This document shows, piece by piece, positions 24,534 to 31,837 of a DNA stretch of 44,766 nt. The stretch's first letter is position 1. Each line of letters opens with the position of its first letter. The stretch is from a virus: the IMG/VR virus record IMGVR_UViG_3300037511_000572; one strand, 5' to 3'. The position numbers and the translations under genes were made by a program. A model generated the notes under the pieces. The model was given only the letters and a program-made list of their open reading frames with translations, was not told where the DNA came from and ran no database searches.

Positions 24534-26270
24534 ATGGCCTACACAGACATGTCCGCGGCGTTCTCCTACAAGCAGCCGCTCTTGTGGAAGAACCTAGACG
24601 CTCTCGCGGAGAACGACGCGGCCCTGAAGGATAACGGTTGGCAGGACGGGACGAAGGCCGTGTTCTACCAGGCGTCGGCCCCGACAGGGTGGACCAAGGA
24701 CACCACGTACAACGACAGAATCCTCCGGGTCGTGTCGAGTGCCGGCGGCGGCGGCTCGGCTGGGACGCAGGGCATCTCCAGCGCCATAACCCTAGCGCAC
24801 ACGCACTCCATAAGCACGGAGGCGGACCACGCCCACGCGTCAGGTCACACGCATTCCCTGAACACGACGTTCCAAAGCCCGAGCGGCTCCGGCGCCGGAA
24901 GCAAGGGCTACGGGGTGGTGAGTGGCGAGGTCCGTGAATACGATGACGGCAGCAGCAGCGTCTCCCAGCTCATCTCTTCGACCGTGTCCGCAAGCCCGAG
25001 CGTCACCAGCGCCGGCACGCACAACCACGGCGGGACGACAGGGTCGCAGCTCTCCGACATCACGTTGGCGTACGTGGATGCGATCAATTGCACGAAGGAC
25101 GTCTCTAGCGGGTACATGGATAAGACCACGACCTTTGGGTACGGTGACGACCTCGGCGCGGACGATACGTTCCAGGACTTGAACGACATGACCGGGAACG
25201 ATTCCTATCTCCAGGCGCGCTTGACCCCCGCGTCTACTGTGTCCCTGTTTTATAATGCGGCGGCACCGACGGGCTGGACGAAGCTGACCACGCAGAACGA
25301 CAAGGCGGTCAGAGTGGTTTCTGGGTCCGGGGGCGGGGCCGGAGGATCGCAAGCCATGAGCTCGACAATCTCGCTCGCGCATAGCGCGCACTCCATGACG
25401 GCCCAGGGGTCCCACACACACAGCTTCGGCGCGCACACCCATGTCAACGACACAGTCGTCAACACGGCTTCCCAGGCCTCCGACAACGGGCAGATCATCT
25501 ACTCGAAAGGGGGCGTACTTGAACAGGCGATACCCGGGTCCAGCACCAGCAAGAACTTCTGGAACGGCAGCACGGACAGCCAAACGCCTGGCACCAGTTC
25601 CTCCGAATCCGATCACACGCACACCCTAACATCCGCACTATCCGATGCGGTGCTTGCATATGTGGACGTCATACAGTGCTCGAAAGACGCGACTGGGGCC
25701 GAGCCGTTCGCCTACCAGGACCTCACGTCGTTCTTCGGCGACGCAAACCTCCTGGCCTACCAGGACCTGAACGACATGGGGAAGAATGACTCCCATATCA
25801 AGTACAGGACTCTGCCAGAGAGCAGCGCATGCCTGTTCTTCCAGGCCTCCGCACCGACGACATGGACCCGTTTGACAACCCATAATGACAAAGGCGTCCG
25901 CATCGTCTCCGATTCCGGGGCGGCCTCGGGAGGGTCCAATGCCATATCGACCGGACTGGCCCTTGCGCACACGCATCCAGTCGTCGCGCACGACCACACG
26001 CACACCTTCAATCACACGCACTCGATCGGGACTACGAATAGTGGCATAGCAAACGACTCGGCACGGGCCCTCACGAGTACTGGGGGAAGGCTCGTCGACT
26101 CTGGAAGCCTAAGCAGCGGGTTTGGAATTTCGATCATGACGGACAGTTACTCCAGCAGTGCGACCTCTGGGACCGATTCGCACTCTCACGGAGGCGCGAC
26201 TGGCTCTGGGCTCAGCAACGTGACTTTGGCGTACTTGGATGTGCTTCTCTGCACCAAGGATTCCTACTAA
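24534..26270 (+). CDS. Receptor-binding-type fibre protein built from three tandem His-rich modules
   Basis: 578 aa. Three about 185-aa repeats, each containing F(Y/F)QASAPTGWT, LAH(T/S)H, HxH / HTH(S/V) and TLAY(V/L)D...C(T/S)KD. Confidence 0.65.
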   Translation: MAYTDMSAAFSYKQPLLWKNLDALAENDAALKDNGWQDGTKAVFYQASAPTGWTKDTTYNDRILRVVSSAGGGGSAGTQGISSAITLAHTHSISTEADHAHASGHTHSLNTTFQSPSGSGAGSKGYGVVSGEVREYDDGSSSVSQLISSTVSASPSVTSAGTHNHGGTTGSQLSDITLAYVDAINCTKDVSSGYMDKTTTFGYGDDLGADDTFQDLNDMTGNDSYLQARLTPASTVSLFYNAAAPTGWTKLTTQNDKAVRVVSGSGGGAGGSQAMSSTISLAHSAHSMTAQGSHTHSFGAHTHVNDTVVNTASQASDNGQIIYSKGGVLEQAIPGSSTSKNFWNGSTDSQTPGTSSSESDHTHTLTSALSDAVLAYVDVIQCSKDATGAEPFAYQDLTSFFGDANLLAYQDLNDMGKNDSHIKYRTLPESSACLFFQASAPTTWTRLTTHNDKGVRIVSDSGAASGGSNAISTGLALAHTHPVVAHDHTHTFNHTHSIGTTNSGIANDSARALTSTGGRLVDSGSLSSGFGISIMTDSYSSSATSGTDSHSHGGATGSGLSNVTLAYLDVLLCTKDSY

Positions 26271-26289
26271 AACAAAAGGAGGCCGTGAC

Positions 26290-26727
26290 ATGTTCATGCA
26301 CGACCACGAAAAGAGGCCAGAAGGTGGCGTATACTGCCCGCTCATGAAGGGTATATGCATAGAGGGCTGGACCAAGGAAATGGGGCAGGACTCGGAAGGC
26401 CGCAGGCCGCGATGCGTTAAATGGCGCCCAGTAACTCTCATGATCGGCGGGCCCGCCGGGACGCCGAAAGAGGTCTGGGACTGCGTTGACGGCTGGCTGC
26501 CGGATTTACTCGTGCAGGTCTCGCAGGAATCCTACCATGCGGGAGCAGCGTCGGAGCAAGTACGGAACCACGTGGCGGGGCAGTCGGACGCGGTGCGGCG
26601 CATGTCCCTTGCCATGCTCGGCATTGCCAGGAAGCAGGGCGTAACGGGCGAGGACATAAAGGCGATTAACATGGAGATTTCGCAGGCGGAGAAGACGTCG
26701 CTGCCTCCACCTGCAGACCAAAAATGA
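26290..26727 (+). CDS. Hypothetical protein (145 aa)
   Basis: AAAGGAGG RBS. Located between the fibre genes and the lysis genes. Confidence 0.55.
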   Translation: MFMHDHEKRPEGGVYCPLMKGICIEGWTKEMGQDSEGRRPRCVKWRPVTLMIGGPAGTPKEVWDCVDGWLPDLLVQVSQESYHAGAASEQVRNHVAGQSDAVRRMSLAMLGIARKQGVTGEDIKAINMEISQAEKTSLPPPADQK

Positions 26728-26740
26728 GGGGGAACGAATC

Positions 26741-27049
26741 GTGGCCGAGTTGAACGACCAGGACGTGCGCGACATGAGGGACGGGTTCAAGCTTCTGGCC
26801 CGCGTAGACCAGAAACTGTCGGATCACCTTGAATGGTCGAAGACGATGAGCGAGAAGAGGGACAAGCAACTTGACGACTTGGACAAGAGGCTCAAGCCCG
26901 TCGAGGAGGCAGTCGGAGGCGTGCGCACTTTGGTCAAGGCTATGGCCTGGATAGGCGGTGGCGCGGGCGCGGTCGGCGGTGTCAGCTCATGGGCATTCTG
27001 GGATCACATCCGCAGCGCGATCAAGCACTACCTGTCAAACGCGCAGTAG
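26741..27049 (+). CDS. Membrane protein, holin candidate
   Basis: GTG start with a GAGGGGGA RBS. Charged coiled-coil N-terminus plus a single C-terminal hydrophobic segment (LVKAMAWIGGGAGAVGGVSSWAFW). Immediately upstream of the endolysin. Confidence 0.4.
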   Translation: MAELNDQDVRDMRDGFKLLARVDQKLSDHLEWSKTMSEKRDKQLDDLDKRLKPVEEAVGGVRTLVKAMAWIGGGAGAVGGVSSWAFWDHIRSAIKHYLSNAQ

Positions 27050-27059
27050 GAGGAGCGCC

Positions 27060-27611
27060 ATGGAAATACCGTTCCTGCAGGCCAAGTTCTTCACGTCTCC
27101 GGCGGAGCCTAGGAAAATAGAGCTGGTCGTCCTGCACAGTGCAGTGGTGCCGGAGCTGTTCGATAGGGCCGAGTGGCTCATGAAGCTCTGCGCCACAAAC
27201 GACAGGAAGGCCTCCTGGCATTACGCGGTTGACGGAGACTCGATCACCCAGTCGGTGAGGGAGGAGGACATCGCGTGGCACGCGCCGGGCGCGAACCAGC
27301 GCGGGATCGGGATCGAGCTCGCGACGGCCGGCATGCCCACGAGAGCCGACTGGGAGGATCAGTACTCGAGGAAGATGCTCGAGCTGGCCGCGTTCCTGAC
27401 GGCGGGCATCTGCGTGCGGCGGAGTATCTCGCCGTTCTTCGTGGACGCGGCTGGGTTAATCGAGGGCAGGCGCGGTATTACCACGCACGCCGAGGTCAGC
27501 AAGGCGTTCAAACGGTCGGACCACATGGACCCCGGGCCGGCGTTCCCGATGGAATCCTTCCTGGCCGACGTCTCTGCGAGGATGTCCGCCGGCAACTACC
27601 AAGGAGACTGA
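27060..27611 (+). CDS. Endolysin, N-acetylmuramoyl-L-alanine amidase (Amidase_2 / PGRP-like)
   Basis: VVLHSA ... WHYAVDGDS ... WHAPGANQRGIGIEL ... THAEV ... DHMDPGP motifs. Confidence 0.85.
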   Translation: MEIPFLQAKFFTSPAEPRKIELVVLHSAVVPELFDRAEWLMKLCATNDRKASWHYAVDGDSITQSVREEDIAWHAPGANQRGIGIELATAGMPTRADWEDQYSRKMLELAAFLTAGICVRRSISPFFVDAAGLIEGRRGITTHAEVSKAFKRSDHMDPGPAFPMESFLADVSARMSAGNYQGD

Positions 27612-27613
27612 CC

Positions 27614-28006
27614 ATGTGGGGATTCGAGAAGCTGACGCTGGAGACCACGAGCTCAGACGGCCACAACGTCCTGCTGGACGAGGACCTGCCATACAACACG
27701 AAGAAGGACGAGCGCATCGTCGTGCCCAAGGGAGCAGACTCCGACGGAGCCAGCGTGCCGAAGTTCCTATGGAACCTGTTCCCGCCATTCGGCAGCTACT
27801 GGCGCGCGGCCCTGCTGCATGACTGGCTCTACAGGCACACGAAAAGGCCGAAGGCAGAGTGCGACCTCCTGCTACTGGAGGCGATGGAGTCCTGCAACGT
27901 GGGCAGGATGAAGCGTGAGACGATTTACCTGGCCGTGAAGTGGTTCGGTGGCCAGGCATTCAAGGAATGCAGGAGGAGACAAGATGAAACTGTTCAAGAA
28001 GGGTAA
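27614..28006 (+). CDS. DUF1353-domain protein
   Basis: VPKGADSDGASVPKFLWNLFPPFGSYWRAALLHDWLY matches the DUF1353 signature. Confidence 0.7.
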   Translation: MWGFEKLTLETTSSDGHNVLLDEDLPYNTKKDERIVVPKGADSDGASVPKFLWNLFPPFGSYWRAALLHDWLYRHTKRPKAECDLLLLEAMESCNVGRMKRETIYLAVKWFGGQAFKECRRRQDETVQEG

Positions 28007-28439
28007 GAAGCCAAAGGGCGGAGGTTATCTCCTGGTGGCCGCGATGATCGGTCTGGCCACCCTGTGCGTGAAGGCCGAGGCGGCGACGGACCCCATCCGC
28101 TTCGAGTTTGGCGGGGGGCACGCGCTCCTGCTCCCACTGCAGAACGTCAACGGCACGGAGGTCTATTCGTTCCGCGAGGGCAAGGGTTTCCCTGCCATCG
28201 AGAGCGTGCTGTACACGACCCCGAGCCGGAAGTTCCAGGTGACGGCCGGCGCAGCGGCCGAGCTCGGGACCTCGCACGCCGTGCCGTTCGCCGGCGCGCA
28301 GTTCCGCCTGCCCCAGCGGTTCTTCGACACATCCAACAATGACCTGTACTTCGGGTTCGCGGTGGCCAAGCACCCCGACGCGGCCAAGAGCTGGCGAGGC
28401 GTCGAGGTGATGTTGAAGGCGAGCACGGCCCTTTGGTAA
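27984..28439 (+). CDS. Secreted protein (signal peptide), last gene of the late operon
   Basis: AGGAGGAG RBS. N-terminus MKLFKKGKKPKGGGYLLVAAMIGLATLCVKAEA followed by a beta-rich body. Confidence 0.6.
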   Translation: MKLFKKGKKPKGGGYLLVAAMIGLATLCVKAEAATDPIRFEFGGGHALLLPLQNVNGTEVYSFREGKGFPAIESVLYTTPSRKFQVTAGAAAELGTSHAVPFAGAQFRLPQRFFDTSNNDLYFGFAVAKHPDAAKSWRGVEVMLKASTALW

Positions 28440-28464
28440 AGTAAATCTTCCAATCGTTTCAACC

Positions 28465-28500
28465 GGTCCGGCCAGTTCATCGGCCGGGCCTTTCTATTTA
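28465..28500 (+). terminator. Rho-independent terminator of the late operon
   Basis: 9-bp stem ggtccggcc / ggccgggcc (one G-U pair), 8-nt loop, then tttctattta. Confidence 0.6.
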
Positions 28501-28590
28501 TACCTCCAGTAGGTTCGGTATAACTTCCAGTTCACGCAAGCACCCATAATTTGTTACAAGATATTTACACACTTTTGGTCCAAGTCGGCG

Positions 28591-28596
28591 TATAAT
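28591..28596 (+). promoter_or_regulatory. Candidate -10 box (exact TATAAT) for the rightward small-gene block
   Basis: Lies in an AT-rich intergenic region 38 nt upstream of the ATG at 28634. Preceded by TTGGTCCAAG. No good -35 at 16-18 bp. Confidence 0.35.
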
Positions 28597-28633
28597 TATA
28601 TTGTAAGACAGTGCAAGACACGGAGGAACGAAC

Positions 28634-28831
28634 ATGAAAACCAAAGTTCAAATCGGTGACAAAGTGACGGTTATCAAAAGTTGGCGGAAAAACGAAACTG
28701 GGCGTAAAGGAAAAGTGGTGGAAATCTTCAAGCCTGTGGACTCGCGCTGGCCGGTTGCAGTGGTCAAGATGTCTGACGATTCTCGGCGGATTTTCAATCT
28801 TGGTGATCTTCGTAAGGAGTGCGTGAAATAA
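28634..28831 (+). CDS. Small KOW-motif-like protein (65 aa)
   Basis: GGAGG RBS. IGDKVTVIKSWRKNETGRKGKVVEI resembles a KOW motif. Confidence 0.5.
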   Translation: MKTKVQIGDKVTVIKSWRKNETGRKGKVVEIFKPVDSRWPVAVVKMSDDSRRIFNLGDLRKECVK

Positions 28832-28832
28832 T

Positions 28833-29012
28833 ATGATTACCCTGACCGGCATGGAAAAGGCGATTGTAAAAGCCCAGCAGGAGAAACTAGCCACCGCACA
28901 GAAGGACTTCATGACGGCCAAGACCAGGGTCAAGATGTACCAGGCGCTGGCCCGGATCAACAACGCGCAAAGGCTCATCAAGCACGTGAAGCACAACGGA
29001 TTCTGCCGCTAA
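28833..29012 (+). CDS. Small hypothetical protein (59 aa; below the ORF-track cutoff)
   Basis: ATG lies 1 nt after the upstream stop. Open frame ends at the TAA at 29010-29012. Confidence 0.45.
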   Translation: MITLTGMEKAIVKAQQEKLATAQKDFMTAKTRVKMYQALARINNAQRLIKHVKHNGFCR

Positions 29013-29023
29013 GGAGAATGAAC

Positions 29024-29215
29024 ATGAAAAACCAGATTGCCAAGTACTTCAAAGAAAGTTTTGATGGGTTCAAAGGAATCGCCGATCCCGTTGAACGTAC
29101 TGCCTTGGCTCTGGCTGAGACTTGCGGAAAATTTGAAATGGCCGAATATAAGGTTAGGGCTTGCATTCGATTTCCGCACTTGACTGTTCAAGAACTTTCT
29201 AAAAACTGGAAATAA
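29024..29215 (+). CDS. Small hypothetical protein
   Basis: AAGGAG at 29011-29016 is better spaced for the ATG at 29024 than for the track start at 29018. Confidence 0.5.
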   Translation: MKNQIAKYFKESFDGFKGIADPVERTALALAETCGKFEMAEYKVRACIRFPHLTVQELSKNWK

Positions 29216-29228
29216 AGGGAGAATTATC

Positions 29229-29441
29229 ATGACCATGCAACTCGAAGACCTGTTCCCGCTGCACTGCGAGCTGGCCTCTGCCGAGTTCGCCCGCGCCAAG
29301 GACGCCAAGGACCTAAGGAGCAAGCGTTACCACCTCGAACAGGCAATGTCGAACTTCCGGGTGATGGAGGAAGTGTTAGTCCAGACCGTAAACAAGGTCG
29401 TGTCGGCCGAGATTGCCGAGCGCATCAACAAAGGAGCGTGA
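29229..29441 (+). CDS. Small hypothetical protein (70 aa)
   Basis: AAGGGAG RBS 7 nt upstream of the ATG. Confidence 0.5.
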   Translation: MTMQLEDLFPLHCELASAEFARAKDAKDLRSKRYHLEQAMSNFRVMEEVLVQTVNKVVSAEIAERINKGA

Positions 29442-29443
29442 CC

Positions 29444-29815
29444 ATGAACACTAAGTTCCAACAAGCGGTCGAGTGGTTCTACGGATACCTCCAGTCCTGC
29501 GCCGCCGACGGCAACGACATGCGCGACTGGGACACGTTGGATGACATCGAGTCCGACACGGTCGGTCTCAGGCCGGTCGAGGACCTCGGGCACAACGACC
29601 CGGACAGCAATAAGGACGAGCGCTTCTGGGCGACGGCCTTCCTGATGGGCGTGCGCTGGATGTATATGGATGAGGTCGCGCACCAGCGCCCGGTCGACAA
29701 ATCCTTCGAGAAGGACCTGCTGAACCGTATAGACGACGCCAACCGGTTCGAGAAATACAAGGCCAAGCGCGTCAGCGGCAAAGTCTACGTGAAGGAGACC
29801 CGCCATGGGAATTGA
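29444..29815 (+). CDS. Hypothetical protein (123 aa)
   Basis: AAGGAG lies 7 nt upstream of the ATG at 29444. The track start at 29438 is a GTG 1 nt after the RBS. Confidence 0.55.
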   Translation: MNTKFQQAVEWFYGYLQSCAADGNDMRDWDTLDDIESDTVGLRPVEDLGHNDPDSNKDERFWATAFLMGVRWMYMDEVAHQRPVDKSFEKDLLNRIDDANRFEKYKAKRVSGKVYVKETRHGN

Positions 29816-30500
29816 GCACGTCCCGCCGAACGTCCTGGACAAGCTGAAGAGGTGCCTCGCCCTCGGCACGAACAAGGCCGCCTTCGAGAACGAGGCCGCC
29901 ATCGCGATGAAGATCGCGACCAAGATCATGGAGGACTATGGCCTCAGCCAGGCCGAGGTCGAGATGGGGAACGACGGCCATGTGAAGCCGACCTCGTTCT
30001 CTGAGTCCTACGGCTACACGTGCCGGGACATCTGGCCGTGGGAGCGGACGCTTGGCCATGTGGTCGACCTGCTATTCCCAGTCAAGTTCTTCGTGCAGTC
30101 CGGCGTCGGCGTCGTGTTCGTCGGCGCCACGTCCGACTCCAGTATCGCGGCGGCCGTGTACAAGATTCTGCGGAGCGAGCTCCTGCGCATCTCGAAGAAC
30201 GAGATGTCCCCGGCGCTGCGCAGGTCCTTCCTGACCGGGTGCACCGACATCCTCTACAAGAGGGCCGGGGAGATTTGGAAGGCCAAGCAGAAGGAGCAGG
30301 AGACGTTCAACGGGTCTGTCGACGCTGGCAAGGCGCTCGTCGTCGTCAAGCAAAACGACCTGAAGACCTACCTGAAGCAGAACTATCGATTCCGCAACAC
30401 CCGAATGCGCGGCTCGGCGCACTACCACGAATCCTACTCGCGTGGTGCGGAGGCCGGGCAGAAGGTGAATTTGAACTTCAATAAAGCGATAGGAGGCTGA
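29805..30500 (+). CDS. DUF2786-domain protein
   Basis: LDKLKRCLALGTNKAAFENEAAIAMKIATKIMEDYGLSQAEVE matches the DUF2786 N-terminal helix pair. Confidence 0.65.
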   Translation: MGIEHVPPNVLDKLKRCLALGTNKAAFENEAAIAMKIATKIMEDYGLSQAEVEMGNDGHVKPTSFSESYGYTCRDIWPWERTLGHVVDLLFPVKFFVQSGVGVVFVGATSDSSIAAAVYKILRSELLRISKNEMSPALRRSFLTGCTDILYKRAGEIWKAKQKEQETFNGSVDAGKALVVVKQNDLKTYLKQNYRFRNTRMRGSAHYHESYSRGAEAGQKVNLNFNKAIGG

Positions 30501-30502
30501 TC

Positions 30503-30787
30503 ATGCAAATATTCGTATTCGTGATGTGGGGCTTGATGGGAGCATACGGTGTGTTCCACAGGGCTCCGAAGCCGACGATGAACTACAAGTTCACTACATA
30601 TGAGATGTGCCCGCTCTACCAGGACGCGCACGGCCAGACCCAGGTGGAGCCCTATGTCGTCTGCCCGTCCATGGAGGATCAAAAGGAGATGGCGGAGTGG
30701 AAGATGCAGGAGGCGACTGGAAAGTTCGAGGGGACGGAGAACCTGCCCGTCGTGGGCGACGAGGGCCTCGTAGAGGTGGCCCAATGA
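30503..30787 (+). CDS. Small membrane protein (N-terminal TM); i-spanin-like candidate
   Basis: AGGAGG RBS. N-terminus MQIFVFVMWGLMGAYGVF. Overlaps the following lipoprotein gene by 4 nt. Confidence 0.5.
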   Translation: MQIFVFVMWGLMGAYGVFHRAPKPTMNYKFTTYEMCPLYQDAHGQTQVEPYVVCPSMEDQKEMAEWKMQEATGKFEGTENLPVVGDEGLVEVAQ

Positions 30788-31161
30788 AGACAGCGACGTT
30801 CATCCTCCTGGCCATGCTGCTCTCCGGGTGTGGCAGGCAATGGGAGCACCTCTGGGGCCAGGACACGCGGCCAGAGACCCGCTACATACCCCTGACTCCG
30901 GACCAGTTCGAGATGCCCCTCGGCCCCGTCTACCCATTCCAATGGGCAGACAGTCGGTTTGCGAGAGCGAGGTATATCAGCGTCTTCGCGTGCCGCGCGG
31001 ACGACGTGTGCGTCGACCTACCCAAGGAGAGCGCCGACGGCCTCGACTTCGCCGTCTGGGTGCTCGACTACGGCACACGCATACTGACCGTGTTCAACGC
31101 GGAGAAGCTGAAGATAGGCGGGGCCGCCCCATCCAAGATACGTTTCCAGGTGGTCCAATGA
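30784..31161 (+). CDS. Lipoprotein (125 aa); o-spanin-like candidate
   Basis: Signal peptide with lipobox MKTATFILLAMLLSGC. Confidence 0.65.
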   Translation: MKTATFILLAMLLSGCGRQWEHLWGQDTRPETRYIPLTPDQFEMPLGPVYPFQWADSRFARARYISVFACRADDVCVDLPKESADGLDFAVWVLDYGTRILTVFNAEKLKIGGAAPSKIRFQVVQ

Positions 31162-31469
31162 ACCTATCACTGGAACAACGGCTCACCAGGGTCGAGAATA
31201 AAGTGCGCATCATGCGCGCTCTAGTCACCAAGATGTACCAGACGTTCTACGCCGGCCAGATCAGGAGGGCGAACACCTACGGGCGCATGCTGGCCAAGCT
31301 CAGGTACAACACGCGAGCCGTGGAGCGCAGGCTCCCGTCATTCCTGCGCCTCGCAAGGATCGCCTCCGGCCTGTCCCGCGGTAGGTCCGTTGTCACGCTC
31401 GACCCGCGAGAGTACAACCAGCTCAGGGCACTGCTGAAGAGGAAGGTGCCGTTCCGGCGTAGGCCCTAG
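31158..31469 (+). CDS. Hypothetical basic protein (103 aa)
   Basis: ATGA overlap with the upstream gene. Its stop is shared in CTAG with the convergent gene. Confidence 0.5.
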   Translation: MNLSLEQRLTRVENKVRIMRALVTKMYQTFYAGQIRRANTYGRMLAKLRYNTRAVERRLPSFLRLARIASGLSRGRSVVTLDPREYNQLRALLKRKVPFRRRP

Positions 31470-31837
31470 AACTCCTTGCCGCCGTGCATGTGGGGCCGTC
31501 CCGCGTTGAACTCCATCTTCGCGAGGACGGCCTCACTGATTTTCAGGCCGGTCTTGCCGGCGTAGGACATGATCCTGATTATGACGTCGGCTAGTTCCTC
31601 CTCCAGGCCGGAAAATTCCGGTATGTGGTCCGACTGCGGATTGCCGTGTCGCAAGAACTCGAGGGCCTCGCTCAACTCGGAGTGCATGAGGGCTATCTGC
31701 TCGGCATGGTTCGGGTCCTTGTCCCACCATCCCTTGTCCCTTGCTGTGTTGAACGCCGCGGCCTGCAGGAGCCCGAACGCCTCCTTGAACGCCTCGCGCG
31801 CTAGCTTACCGACATACTCCTTCTTTTGGGTTTCCAT
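31466..31837 (-). CDS. MazG-like nucleoside triphosphate pyrophosphohydrolase
   Basis: HSELSEALEFLRHG ... EELADVIIRIMSYA is an all-alpha NTP-PPase (EExxE/D-type) pattern. GAGGAGGA RBS before the ATG at 31837. Confidence 0.75.
   Translation of the reverse strand: METQKKEYVGKLAREAFKEAFGLLQAAAFNTARDKGWWDKDPNHAEQIALMHSELSEALEFLRHGNPQSDHIPEFSGLEEELADVIIRIMSYAGKTGLKISEAVLAKMEFNAGRPHMHGGKEF

Noticed and set aside
26741-27049. The C-terminal-TM protein upstream of the endolysin as an i-spanin
   Set aside because: i-spanins have an N-terminal TM segment, whereas here the hydrophobic segment is C-terminal. It is kept only as a weak holin candidate.
28564-28596. Standard sigma70 -35 / 17-bp spacer / -10 promoters at the TATAAT boxes (2960, 28591, 43080)
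   Set aside because: The hexamers 16-18 bp upstream (for example cacact and gtacac) do not resemble TTGACA. Only the -10 boxes are reported, at low confidence.
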